Notes under the pieces: model-generated | Database searches by the model: none | What the model was told of the DNA's origin: nothing | What the model saw: only the letters and a program-made list of their open reading frames with translations | Program-made: the position numbers and the translations under genes | From: Enoplolaimus lenunculus | Lineage: Eukaryota | NCBI GenBank assembly: GCA_030248215.1 | Contig: JASANG010003338.1 | Coordinates: forward strand, 372,001 to 436,000 | Reading direction: 5' to 3' | DNA length: 64,000 nucleotides | In this document: piece after piece, positions 1 to 14,174 of the stretch | Layout of the letters: every line of letters begins with the position of its first letter | How positions within the stretch are numbered: the stretch's first letter is position 1

Positions 1-149
1 TCGCACGACAGAAAATCATGGTTTATTATAAATATATAATCGATGGTGCAGGAACTTTACAGCCTTGCTGTGATTGTCATAATGGAACTTCAACATAAAT
101 TTCTTCATGGTAACAATCGAAAAATTGTAACCAAATCATTGCTACTTAC

Positions 150-3100
150 CTTGTTTGGTTGTAAGTCGCTCCAAAAACATAGGTTTTAATGTATTCAGTG
201 TCCACGGCCGTCCAAACAACCGACAGAGTACAGATATAAACCGAATCGCCTGTCGGAACACTTTATTTACATTGACGTTCAATTTTGATAAACAATCCAA
301 AATCAGAGGAATCCTGACGTCAAACAGTAAACAATTTACAAGATGAACACGAAGGAAATTGTTATTAAAACTGATATCCCTACGCTGGCTTAGAAAATTT
401 CGACATGCTATAGAAATCACTTGAAAATAACGGCAATCCAAATAGTCAACTTTTTTATCGTATCAACCTGTAACGACAATATGCTTTTCTGTAATTTCTA
501 AATTAGAATAGTGAAAGATTAGGGCGGTGAAAGCAGCACATAAATGAAATTACCAAATGTTTACATAGTATATTCGAATCCTTCAAAGAAATTTACACTG
601 AACATTGCATGTTTCTGCCAACTCACATAGTTTTCAATACATAATCCAGCTGTTCCCATGTCTGATACCATTCCTCGTTAACATGTTTGTCATATAAGAC
701 AGTAAGAGCTCGAAATATGATAGGGTCTCCACCGCACAGCGTTGCAGGATGTTCGAGAGGAATTTGCGTTGACGGATAGCGATTTACTAAAACACTCTAT
801 CTACATGACTAAATAGTAACTGAAAATAGACTATGACATTTTCAAATTTTAACATCACGCGACCCATATCTAGAAAACTCTGGTATATGCGGATGAGTAA
901 GATGAGCTTGGTATCATATTTAAACCGTCAATTGCAAAAAAACTGAGTAAGAAGCGAACATAACTGAGTATATTAGTAGGCATCATAACCTTAATTTGAA
1001 CTTGGACACATGCAAAGAAGCACCATAAAACAACGCACGTGAGCATTCTAGAATGCTGTGCATTAATCCAAAATTTTAAACAGATTGATCCATTTTTTGT
1101 AATGAATGACAGTTAGTGTGACACCATTAAGCAATAGGGTACCCACAGGAAGTGCAGCTACACCCCAAGGCACATATCAGCCATGCACCTGTGCTTACCA
1201 TCGATATCAATATGCCCACTATTGTCTTTAATGAACTCATTAACGCGAGACACAAACACTCCAGTTGACAACACAGACCAGTAAATGAAGGAAGTAATTG
1301 TATTCATACAACGAAAGTAGCTTCCGAGTAGCGTTTCGTTTGCCGACTGCGAAACTCCACTTGTCTAAAAAAGTCACAGAACTTCATTAAGTTCTACGCG
1401 GAATACTAATGAGAAAATGTAAACCCCACCTCAACCCACATCCCATTTAATAAACCAAATTTACAAACCCATAACGTATATAGCATAAACTGCTGTGTAG
1501 CAAACCTCCAACAAACATTCTCCATAATCTCCAATTTCCCTCAACAAAACGAAAGAAATTTGTAAAAAATAGCGTCATGTAAATCATATTCATTGAGAAA
1601 CTATTACTTGCAAAATCTGGTGAATTTTCTTCAAAAATAATTCGACAACGCCAGAGTTAAATCGGTTGATTTCAAGCGCCCATTGTGTAAAACCTGGAAG
1701 TAAATGATCACGCGCCGTTGTGGCGACACTATCGTCGGCGTCCAGTATCATTTTTTGTACGAGATCAGATATCTGAAATCAATTTACATACTACCGTATG
1801 ATCACGTATTCCTTCCTGAATAAACAAAAGTTTCGAAATTGCTAGTTAGACAGAGCAAACACATTACAAATTCCTTTTTAATGCCACGACAGACCACATA
1901 AACGTTTCCTAAAATTCTGTCAGTCAAACTGTACAATCGGTGAAAAGTAGAAAAAACTACAGCAGAGGCTAAGCAACTACAACGCTCAAAGTGTATCTGC
2001 ATCTTATTCATGTATGGATAAAACGGCTGCCAAATTTCAATGTCTTTGGCACACAAAAAATATTTATTCTACAAATATTTTATAGTTATCTTACAAACAT
2101 GCAACAAACACTTAACCGAATGCTTGTGCAGAGTAAAAATATTTGTATGTTAACGCACCTTTATAACGAACTGTATACCTGAGTAAACTTATCAACATCT
2201 TCAATGTATATGCACAAAACGGCCAAACTGCGCACTGCAGCTTCACGAACAATTTCAGATTTGTCTTCTAAGCACACTTGTTGAAGCATTGATAACACGA
2301 GCGAACTTAGCACGTTTGGCTGTAATATACCGTCGAAATAAGTTAAGTTTTGGCTCACAGCGCATGCCAAATAGAAACCCTATGGGTAGTGCTATACAAT
2401 TTAAAAATTTCACGTCATCCGGCGCCGTCCGATATCGTACGATACCACACATGAAGGAAGGCGCCACACGACAAGTATAGAACAACCGTAAAAGGGTAAA
2501 CCAGGGGTGTAAATTATCTACGAGAGCCCTGCCAGAAGTCATATCAACAACATGTATGCAATTAAATACGTACCGTCAACTGAACAAAACCACTATATTT
2601 CACTTACATGCAAATACTGAGCCAGCACTCCACACGTTTCAGCAACTAGCAATCGTCGTTCAGGATATTTGTGAGTAATCTAAACGAAAACATCGCTTAC
2701 ATTACAGATAACGCGGATTTCAACAGTATTCTGCCCACGAAAACCTAACAGCAAAATAGTAAAATTCAAATTCACAAGGTGCTGTGGCAACAAATACAAC
2801 AAAAATACCAAAATAACCGTTGATCTCTACAAAAAAGTCGACTTCGAAACTACTGAAGGTACATAATTTTTAATGTTAGGTTTGCTTAAATTATAATCAA
2901 ATCCGAATATTTCAACCGCAGCTGCTCCATGTTCCATACCTGCTCCCAGCACTGCGGTAACAACTCCGTTTCCACCTTTATAGAACCAACAGCTTTCGCG
3001 AAAGCAATACATCCACGCAGAATGACCTGCCTATAAGAACTGCCAAGAACTAATTTGGATTTAAAACCAAAGTGTGCCATTTATCAAAGTTACTACGTTC

Positions 3101-6100
3101 TGAATAAACCATACTGAGGACATAAAACGTACAACTTTATGCAAGAATGTCATACATAAACAGATAGACAAGCCGGGTTATTAATATTACGCCAAATAGG
3201 CGTTCGCGTAGCCGTTAGTCTTGAAATTATCCCAATGTGATACCCAATTAACAAGAGTATATCGTTGTCAAAAAAACGAAAACAAATCAGTTGATAAACC
3301 TTTGGTCGTCCACGGGTTTTTTGATCAAATTGAACAACATATTCAGTAACACATCACGCTGATCTTTATCAGGATGTAGCAAAATGGTGCCAAGAATGAC
3401 TGGAATAAGCTCCTGAATTAAGAGAAATTAACATGCAAAAAATAAAAACTGCAAAGCCACCTGCCACACGCTTTTATTAATTTGTTCCAAAAACCCACAT
3501 AATTTACACACTTAGATGCGCGCTCAAGCGTTACAATTCCAAGATACCATAGTAACGAAGAAGACAAAATTACGTTATCATATTAACATATCTCCTCATC
3601 CACATCCAAACCACTGACCAGTTTAACTTAGTCGTTTTACAAAAAGATTTACAGCCACATTGTTAAACACTTATAATTATAATAAACAAATCCTACGACA
3701 GTGTTGCACTAATTCAAAAATAACCATAATGGAATAAACTTACATCACGTTTATTAAGCAACACATTAGGAACGATATGAGGTAACGTTCGAGCCAGTGT
3801 TAGTACAAGTGTATCAGAAGACAAAGATAAAGCGTCGAACTGAAACAAAACATATACATAGACGCGTATTGTAAACTAAAAATTATTGAACAAAACATAG
3901 GAAAACTTCAAAACAACACTACAAATAACAGATCAACAGTATTCGCTACTCCATTATCGACTAGTGGCATTGTGGGTTTGAAATTGTGAGTGAAAAACTT
4001 CTCCCTGGAAACTAGTAGAAAACAATGCACAGATTGCGTAAATAACTGCTCGCTAGTTCAGTACAAAACGAAATTTATGCAAAAATTAATCTGCACAATT
4101 AAATCCAAGAATTAAATTTTTAAAAACAGCACAAAAAGGTATAGTTAAACACCGCCTTTATGCTTACTTCTGCCACAAGCCGTTGATTATCAGTCGTATT
4201 TTTATACGGTGATACGTGCGATAATACCTCACATACAAATTGTGAAGATACGGTTCTAAAATGGAATATAATTTTCGTAAACAACAACTATACTTAGTAC
4301 TACATAGGCCTGCTCTTAACTATAATAGGCAACCAAAAGGTGATAAAAAATATCAAGAGTGGACAATCAAGCTTAGCCAAGAATGTGTAACTAAACACGA
4401 TTTGCATGGTACAAAATGTATTAGCGCGCATAGTGTTTTCGTGTGGATGCGACTAACAATACAAAGCGACACGAAAGACGGCAGTTGCTTGAAATATAAT
4501 GAAAATGCCAGTTATAAAACCACGCAGCCTGTACATATGTCTGCGCACAAAATGCACGCTCTTGGTAAAATCAATAAACCCCAGCTCAAAACAGAAACCT
4601 CACCTAAGACCAACTTACATTCTAACAGTGTGCTCAAAGGCCCCTCCAACCTACCCACCAAAAATTAGTCATTACGAATTTTTTCAAAATTACATACCTA
4701 CTGTTTTTCCAAACATCCGCTCCTGTGGTAGAAGCGACAATGCGTGACGTTTCCGATACTGAACCTTTTCCGGACTCAATGGTCCCTTGACCAATCTCTG
4801 ACCGGATAGACATTATACAACTACCAGACGCATCCAGCCTACTGTCAGGCTTCGACAAAGTAGCAGAGGACAATAGCTGTTGTTGCTGTTCTTGTTGTTG
4901 TTGTTGTTTGTGCTCACTTGCTTCACCAGGCGAAATTTGTACCACTGACGATAAATTAGCCGATATTTGATTTCGCATGACTTCAAGTTCACTAAAACTA
5001 CCGTATTAATTTGAAGGCATAACTGCAAAACTTTTCACAGCTGTTGTGTTGTCGATCATAAATAAAGTAACGACAATTTGTGCTTTTACGCAAATAACAC
5101 CAATATAAAACATATTACACTAATTATCAAAAATGAATTTTAAACAGCAATACACCCAAATTCGTAGACAAAAAATCTTGTATGTAAAGGCTTACCACTG
5201 TAGTACAGAAATATCAGAAGCTAACTGTTCGTTTTGTTCACTTAGCGTATTATTTTTCGTCAATAACACTGCGTTTTCTTCATTCTAAAGCCGAATAAGT
5301 TGTATTAAGACTAGCATCCCACTCTCGGCATTCGCAGAGTCCCAACTGAATGGGGGAATTCGACCGGTACCCTTCCATAATGGCTGGAAGAGAAACTTAG
5401 TTTGAACAGCCGAAGACATAAACTAACTGGACACGAATACAAAACTGCGAATTATAGATAGCGAAAATTGTCAACAAACTCCATCTCTAACAGGGTTGAA
5501 AAAGAAAACATTCCGAAACTAAAACGCATATACCAGTCGATTAAGTATAGCAGCAGTAGATTGCAAATCGTCACAAAACGGGTTGAATTCTGTATCCAAA
5601 TCAACGTGAACGCCTACGTCTTTTGAACGCGTATACGACGGAACTGAACGGCCAAATTCACGATAAAGACCCAAAAGGTCTGTTGGCCGTGGTATATTGA
5701 CACCTACTTCGTCCCAGTCGTCGAAATCCTGCAATCATTAAACTGAAACAAAGAAACGTCGAAGATTTCGAATTATGATCTTCAACGTCATGTTCAATAC
5801 ATCTTTTCTTCAAACATTACCTAAAACTTTTTAAAATTTTAAAACAAATGACAGTTGCTCACAACAATAAAGGATAATAAAACCGTATTTAAGGCATGTT
5901 TTGATTTGCGACCAATAACGTAACGAATTGTTTTACCCACAAAACTCCGTATTCAACCATACATAATAAAGACTAAACTAAATGTTTAATAAGTATGGAA
6001 ATGCTAACTCCGCTTAAATGTTATCAATTAATTCAAAACTCTTCAAAATACTGTTTTTGAGCATAAAAGAATGATAATAAAAATACATATAGTAAAAGGA

Positions 6101-9100
6101 AACACGCTTTATCACCTATTATACATTATATCCCACCACAGTGAATATCTCACACAACAGCATAGTGCGTACCTGATCTTGATTTTCCTCTGAAAATGTG
6201 ACTGCGGTTAGTTTAAAGTCATGTTGCAATAAATATTCGTTGACTAGAAAGTTAAGCGCTCGTTGTTCATGAGGTTTGATGGGGATGGTAATCCTTGGCC
6301 TCTAAAAATAACAAAATACGAGAACAATACAAGTGTTACTTTCGTCATAGAAAAACAGTAATGACCACTTTCGTCATAGAAAAACAGTAATGACCACCAC
6401 TGTGTTCTGCTTGCAGGAAAAACCCATTTTGTTCCTTATTTATATTTAGATATTTATATCAAATTGAAAACAACACAATTCATGTTGTAATCTGTGCACC
6501 CTAACGCAATATATTCATTCAAATTTATGACTCGTTAAGCAGATCGCCTAGACAAAATATGCGGCCCTGGCATATTATAAAACATTTCTTTATGCTAAAA
6601 ACAATAATCTAAAATACTGAGCACAATTTTTCAATAATTTAGTAAAATACACTCACCTGCTCGCACGAAATGCTGCGCGGTATATTAGGTGATGACCCCG
6701 CCGTAGTTGCAAGCTGTCGTTTAATAACACTGCTAAAATTCTTTCCGCTTTCCTCATCATGGGCATTGTTCAGCTGCGTTGACGGATTTATATCCGTAGT
6801 GGCAGAAATATGAAACGTGCCACTATCTTGCCCTTCGACATGACCTGTTCCTGTTGTTGCACGTGGCATTCTTAGGACATTTTCGGACGCAACAGGAGTC
6901 ATAAAGTCATTATCAGGCATAGAATCTTGCAGCGCTGAGCAGGATAGTGGAGCACGACATAACGATTGACCTCCTCCCACAGGTGTCATTTGCAGATCTG
7001 AGAGAAATAAAATAATTTATTACACATTAATAACCAAGTTTAGTACACAACAGTTTCAATATAAAACACCACTGTATCTGCAGGATCTGTCGCGTTTTCA
7101 AATAAAAAACAAAAATTAACATTAAATTTAAAACAGTTTATATTTAAACCAGAACTGTTAGTCAATGCTACTTGCATATATATTTGTAAGTTAATCAATC
7201 AATACATACGTATGAGTACCACAAAACAAAAACATAAACCACCAATGGAATGTAGATGGTGCAACGAAGCTTATAAATCTAAATACCATCTCTTCATAAG
7301 TAGTCCATACATTCGATATATGACGTAAAACTCGGTTAGTTCACAGACGTCAAAACAGTGCTTACACTTTCAAATGTTTGTATCTTACATCTATCTATCT
7401 GAGAAAGCGCTAATGGGCGGACATATTTACTCATCACCAGGCAAAAAATACACAAACGCCAACAACAAAAATATGAGAGATTGTATACATATAATTATAA
7501 TTACAAAAAATATAAACCCAACCTGTTGTCGCTTGGGTGAGCTGATTTCGCAGAGCCCGTATCGTCTCTTTTGCTTTGCGCAGTTCAAATTCAAGAACTG
7601 AAACAATTTCCAACATTACTTACATTAAATAATACTTATCTGCAGATAAAAATCCCGTATATTTCAAAACATATTGATGCATAATTCAGTACCGTATAGA
7701 CAAGCTATCTATTACGTATACAGAAGACAACATAGTGCCAAAACATCAATAAGCACTTGCAAAACATTCACCGCTAACCTGCAACTTTATCATCAATTTT
7801 ACGTTCCCCGTCTTCTGACTGTGCTAAATCGTCGATGGAATCAAACGTTTGTACACTTGAAGACCTTGCTACAAAGAATAAATCATAAGTTATTTTCAAT
7901 AAATAGGAAACATGTATCGTAATCGGCAACATATTTTTACGTTTTTCTGGCAAGATTCTATGTTCATTGAAACAAAATCGAACTCCAAATGCTAAAACCA
8001 AATAACAATTTTCCTTACGGATGGGCGAAAGAAAAACATTTGATGCGTCTGTCGTGCGCATGTTTCCGCCTGCCGAGTGCAGCTCAAAGTGCGTCGGGTT
8101 GGAAAAATAATCGCGCAAGCGATACAGCTCGCGTCCTGACTCCAACAATTCAGTATGAAATTCGAGTGCTGTGAGAATGAATTTTTCTTCCAGTAGCCGT
8201 TTCGCAATGCCGTCTGAAATTAAAAGTATGGCTCCGATCAGCACTTTACAACGCGTTCATGTTTGAAAAACACATTATAAACCGACGACAGCTAAACCCA
8301 AGCAAGAAAGAATTACGATAAACATATAATTTCAAGTGTTCCTTCGATTTCAGACATGTATATAATTACAATTATGTAGGCACAGAAGCCAGGGTTCGAC
8401 CGAAAGTTCTGGCATCCAATTGAGTTGTGATGCCAGTTCAAGTTCCGGTACCGGTTTGGCAAATTTCCGGAACTGTTAAGTTAGCCGCTTCTTGCATCCT
8501 TTTCCTGTAAAATATGCAGCTACTTTTACCCGCTATATAATTACGTTTTTGCCAGTCTTTATTTGATATCAATAAAATTTCGTTGATGAAGGGTCTTCTT
8601 TACCTTATATAAACATGTTTCGACAGTGAAGGGAACGTTAATGTTACTTTTGTTAAAGTTCCGCTTTCAGTTCCTGTTCCGGGCTAGCAGGTTCCGATCG
8701 AACTTTGATAAATAGAAATAAAAGTCGAACTTCATATCTACATAAACAAATGAATGTTTACGATTGTAACATCGTAACATAATATCAATATTCTGAATTT
8801 GCGTACGCCGCAAATAAGTCATCTGTTCGTCTATTCGTCCTAATATTCTGGAGGTTCGCTACTGAGGGATGGGGGCACCAGCAACCAAACCCCCCATTTA
8901 AGATTATCTTAAAGTTCAGCCCCCCTCAACATTTTGCCACCCGATTAACAATTTTACGTTTGTCAAATTCCGTGTACATATTAACATTAGAACCTAGTGT
9001 GTATGTTGATACGCTAGCTGTGATTACATGCGTGTATATATTTGATTTGTGATTTCCGTTTCAAAAGCACTAGGGAAGAGAGAAGTGTCCATTAATCGGC

Positions 9101-10388
9101 GTCGACATCGATCAATAATAAACGGCACTTTTCGCGAGTATCGGCATCGACACTGCGCAAAACTTCCGGTTCTTTACCGATACTTTTTGCACATAACAGT
9201 GAGTTAGAATGTTATAAATTTAACTTGATAGCGTTTATCACTGCGTTTAATTAGAAAACTGTTCTCTTTTGCGTTTGCGTTTGAAAAAATTAGTACAAAT
9301 GGACCGTTCCAATAAAATTACAATCTTTTGTGGTTATTAGGGTTTAAGTATTTGCATTTATAATGCCGTAATGTTGTATCATATCTGTCCTTTAAGCATC
9401 GTGTATTAAAATTGGCATCGGCAACATCCCTAATATGCACTAGAAGGGTGCAATCGGAATTTGCATATTTTAATTTTAGACCTACTTGTGATATGTTGTA
9501 TAAAAATTCAGCATCATGGATGTATTAATTTGTTTTCGATAAGTTAACCTATCAGTAATTGATTGTAGTTTAGATTTACAGGCCCAAAAAAGATTGTCAT
9601 TTTGTTCATGCGACATTTTTCAGAATCGTTGCCAGTCAACAGACACCCTAAATCAATATTATACTTGTTAATACAATTTATCCGTATAGTCACAAATTTT
9701 TTAGTTCCGATTCCGATTCCGGTATAAATTGGCTGTTCCGATTCCGATATAAACCAGTTCCGCTTTGCGCCCTGTGCACTAGCAAGTTATGCAATATGTT
9801 TTTAACATGTACTTAGTTGTTGGCGTAGCTAAAACACTGTCTAGTGTAACTGACGCTTTATTAAAAACTACGCAACCCCACCCGCACTCAGAAATTCCAT
9901 CGGCTACGACCCTGGGCACCGGTTGTCGATTGATGCCCCTCACTCCATCAAAACGCAACGAATGTCCAGTAGTAGATACATTAGGCGCTTCAGCATAGGA
10001 TTTTAGCAGCGCTCCCGTTTAGTGAAATTCACTTAATCTGCTTAAGTAAAAGTTTAAACCAACACAACATACAATCTTACCATAACTGAAACATTGCTGA
10101 ACCACAGGCGATAATTCTTTTGATTCTGCAATATAAATATAAATTGTGAAAAAACACTGTATATAAACTTGTTAAATTCATGCAATATTTAAATAAAATA
10201 TCCCCGTTTACAAGATTACCTGCTCCCACAGGGCGACCACGCAGGTTTGCATCAGGAGCATTTTCGAACTCATTTGAAAACTCGTTGGAATCTTCTGCTG
10301 CATCAACAAGCGATACATTGCCGTTATCATTGTTTTCAACTTCAGCTTCAATCATATCGTCGATGAAAGGATTCGCGCTTTCAGTCAT
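150..10388 (-). CDS. RELCH: RAB11-binding LisH, coiled-coil and HEAT-repeat protein (RELCH/KIAA1468 orthologue), multi-exon, 3' part beyond the left edge
   Basis: Phase-consistent GT-AG exons: 10388-10220, 10125-10081, 8213-8019, 7868-7779, 7597-7523, 6997-6657, 6301-6173, 5728-5534, 5284-5196, 4991-4698, 4255-4168, 3839-3744, 3412-3300, 3030-2940, 2679-2608, 2319-2179, 1772-1608, 1364-1199, 786-627, 313-150. Peptides match remembered RELCH motifs: NPFIDD; LTALEFHTELLESGRELYRLRDYFSNP; VLEFELRKAKETIRALR; LisH RALNFLVNEYLLQHDFKLTAVTFSEENQDQDFDDWDEVG; LPHIVPNVLLNKRDELIP; ELLPQCWEQITHKYPERRLLVAE. Confidence 0.93.
6339..6397. repeat. 29-bp tandem duplication in a RELCH intron
   Basis: ctttcgtcatagaaaaacagtaatgacca occurs twice. 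Confidence 0.9.
8390..8707. mobile_element. hAT-like MITE
   Basis: Imperfect TIR cagggttcgaccg / cgatcgaactttg with subterminal gttccg repeats. Confidence 0.6.
9444..9774. mobile_element. hAT-like MITE
   Basis: Ends aagggtgcaatcgg / ccgctttgcgccctg; perfect 8-bp TSD tgcactag. Confidence 0.8.
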
Positions 10389-10663
10389 TATTATAATGCT
10401 CTACATTTATCACAACCTTCTGAAAATTTTGTCAAGCGTTCACCAAACTCTATAACCTCCGCAGATTCTTTTGATCGTAAAAACAAACAACTGGAAAACT
10501 TTTCCGCTATTGCTCTGCCAAAATTTGTCCCGGAATGTACACTTACGTATAACAAGTCCAAAGTTTCCTGCTTTTCGCAAAACTAATAAATTTTCTCTGA
10601 CCACTAGCTAAGTAGTTTACAACACGGTACTAAATGTAACGAACGAAGTAGTATAGATGCAGT

Positions 10664-10870
10664 GGCTTGTGTATAGAACAGGGCCAGATCGTTTTCCGTC
10701 TGGGCTCTAATAGAGTCAATTTAAGCTTTAGACTAACTTTTTGCTCAAGCATAGGCTTATGTTTAGGCTTAGGCTTAGGATTAGGCTCATACTTACGCTA
10801 GGCTTAAGCATAGGCTTAGGCTTAGGAACATGCTTACACTACTGTTCCGGCTCTGTTCAACACATGGGCC
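10664..10870. mobile_element. MITE with TTAGGC core (subfamily A), 8-bp TSD
   Basis: TIR-like ggcttgtgtatagaacagggcc / ggctctgttcaacacatgggcc; TSD gatgcagt on both sides; degenerate TTAGGC repeats inside. Confidence 0.85.
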
Positions 10871-11164
10871 GATGCAGTCTGCATAAACAAAAAATAGCGG
10901 TCAACAGTGCTTTGATCTACCAAACACTTTAAACCTGTCGCACCAAAACACATTTTTATTTAACCGACGTGTGACGAAGGCTAAATTATAGTCAGAAAGG
11001 CTTTGAAAAGAGTGCATGTTTTCCCAAATTATATTTGAAGTCACATAACGTTCAAAAGCTTGGGATGACAACACATTCATTACCACGTTAACACCAGAAA
11101 GAAGATTAAAGTGCAATAGGCCTGTGTACTGAAGAGGTCCCTACCAGAATCCGCCGATATCACC

Positions 11165-11755
11165 TGGGTAATTGGAATTTTAAAAATTGGGAGATTACCT
11201 TTGAAATAGGAATTTTGGAAAATAGGATTCCACCGGAAAATTGCCATTTCGGCCGCAACCATTTTCGCTCGGGGTTTTGGGAAGTTGGGATTTTGGGAAT
11301 TTGGGATATTTACTTGTGCACTTGCGATATCGGGAAATTGGGATATATATTTGACGTACTCGAATTGGTATTTTCAAAAATCCGGATTCTGCCGGGAAAT
11401 AGCTATTTTGGACGCTACTTTTTGCTCCAGATTTGCAGAAATTTTGATTTTGGAAAATTGGGATACTACCATAGGGATTTTGCTTTCTTCCTAATATTAC
11501 ACAAGAAGTTGGCATTCTACCCAGAAATTGCGATCTTGGGCGCAACATTTCTTGCTCGGGATTTTGCAAAATGCGGATATTCCCCGGGAAATAGGCATTA
11601 TGTACCCGGAAACTGCGATTTTGAAAACAACCTTTTTTCGCTAGGTATATTGCAGAAATAACGAAATTAGGATATTACCCGGAAAACCGAGATTTTGGAA
11701 AGTTTGGATATTAATTCGTGAAAATAGGACTTTGGGAAAATAAAATTTTGGTAAT
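11165..11755. repeat. Repeat element with degenerate internal gggattttgggaaattgggatat units
   Basis: Recurrent ttgggatat and ccgggaaatag motifs; a related fragment lies at 24968-25040. Confidence 0.55.
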
Positions 11756-14174
11756 CGTTAACTTTACAGGCATAGTGAAATTGTCCGTTTGTACTATTGT
11801 AAACCGTAATTTTATTTTATACTGCTCATACATTTTAAATGATATATTTAGTTTTTCTGTAAAGCAGTTTTCTAAAACGTATTTAGAGTAATTTCAAATT
11901 CACAGTGCAGCTTTGCCAAATGTTCTGCATTTGCGGTGAACTTCTTTGAATTTGTATACTTGCAACAAATTTTATTAACATCCCACGCCTACATTCGGAG
12001 TAGTAACTGTATCGTACCTAAAATAGATTAGTTGCACAACCAACACTAACTGTGTGAAACACTTACGCATACATTAGAAACGAAACACACCCAACATGTC
12101 TCCTCACACAGCTATTGCATGTCGTATGTAAAAGCTAGTGATATGGGCTGCTATCAATTTCACTCGTCAAAGGATATCGATGAGCCTAAGCAGGGAAACT
12201 GTTACGTCTGTTGCGTTTGTCCTTGAACAAAATTAATTAAAAGCGCAATTCTATAAAATTATGATCTTTTATAGTTGTTAGGACTTGAGTCCTTGCAGTT
12301 GTAATGTATCATATCTGTTCTTTAAACATTGTATATTAAACTTGGAATAACTATCAGCATCGATATATCTTCAAAATAATCGATATCGGTATTGGAAAAA
12401 CTTTGGTATCGGCACATCCCTAGCAAGAATAGTGCATTGTTGTATGATTAAATTGAAATAATTTTTTGTGAATGACATTAGTCGCTGCGCGTTGCATACT
12501 GCCCATTAATATTTTAAATACTGAGCTGTTAGAAATAGATGAAGACAGAAATTCTTTCCTATCTATAAAAAATTACGATCGTGTTTAGTTTTAAAGTAAT
12601 AAAAATTCCGGGTTGTTCGGAAAATAAATCCGGATCCGGATCCGGGTTTGCACTCTTAAAAATTCCGGGTACGAGTCCGGGTCCGGGTTTTTCTTCTAGA
12701 AAAATCCTGGTCTGGGTATTTATTTTGAAATGTTGCAACTCTAATCAGAGCTTTTATGAATGCACCGCAGTATCCTTAAGTCAGGCGTGAAAGCATACAC
12801 CGCTTTAGTTTATTTTAGAAACAAATCATATAATCTAGATAACTTTATGATAAACATTCGACCTTAATAACATTTTCACGGGGTAAACAATGTTTTGATG
12901 CAGTCCGCTCAATTTTACGATTTTAGACGCCGTGCATATAAAACTAAACATGTCATTGTCGTGACAGTCCATTTTACGGGCATCTTCCGTTTTGTCGTGC
13001 CGAACCGTAATGGTAGGCCTATAGCGTTTAGAACAATTTTGCTAAGGCTAGGTACGCTCTTCAGGTCTGGTGTCGTTTCCTTCCAAGCAGGTACGTAGCG
13101 ACAATGATGCATCCATGGTATCATTGCCGCATATGAATGTCCTATTAACTAAGCATAAGCACAACTCGTCGATCAACGTACTGGCCCTCGCATTGAACAG
13201 GCCCTGAACAGTAGTATAAGCATATTCCTAAGAGTGTCCGTTTCCGGTAAAAATTGGTATCCGTTGCCGATATTGAAATACCAGAAATTCCGTTATTTTT
13301 TCACGCTTAAAATTAGTTATAAAAAATCACGTATATATCTCGCACCTTCTCATTGCAGATACTCTGCAATTGTTCGAGAAATGAAATAAAAATTACGAAA
13401 TTCATACAAACTTTTAAAAAATTTCGGTGCATCAGCCATTTTCTTTAAAATTGTAAAAAAGTCCGTCGAATATTTGCACGTCTTTTCCATTTCCATTTGT
13501 GTTGTTTTATAATCACTATCCATTTCTGTTATTAATAATATCCGTTTAAACCCTGTTTGGAAGCCTTTTAAACATTTGTTCAAGTGCTGTTTCTTAGTTT
13601 TTACGCAACTTGTTAGCAATTTGTTGTATAAAACGTTCAAAGCGGTACCAAGATTTTATTAAAGGGCACTTCTTGACATAAAAATATTTTGAAAGTGGCA
13701 TCTTGTGGTTACTAAACTAAAAAAGTTTCTAGAATAAATAAAAGAAGTGTGAGTGCGGTTTGATAATATAGAATCGGTGTAGTGGGCTTGAACTTTGAGA
13801 ACCTATTATACTGACGTCATCAAAGAAAAGTAACCGAAAATTTGTTGAACGTTGTTATCAATCAAGCTTTTCTGCTTTGACGGCGAAAACTATCGCATGG
13901 CGTACGAATGGCGGCCCAGATTTTTGATGGTATACACCCGTGGGAAGATAAGGAAAATATATCTGTCTTCCTTAAAATTGAAAACAATCGAGGAAAGGCG
14001 CACGTTTTTTTTCAAGCTTACACTAACTTGCTAGATTCAGCAGTGCTCAAAAATTGTAGCTCAATACTCTCTCGTACGAAGAAAAGCTCCTTACACCCAG
14101 CGGAATGAAATTCTGGTTTCGTCCCGGCCGTTTTCCTCCATCAGCTGTCAAACTAAACTTTGTAGCCGTGCATA

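Noticed and set aside
4261..4668. 135-aa plus-strand ORF
   Set aside because: It is antisense within a RELCH intron and has no recognisable motif.
11195..11661. ORFs of 124-148 aa on both strands
   Set aside because: They lie in a degenerate repeat element and show no recognisable protein motif or splice context.
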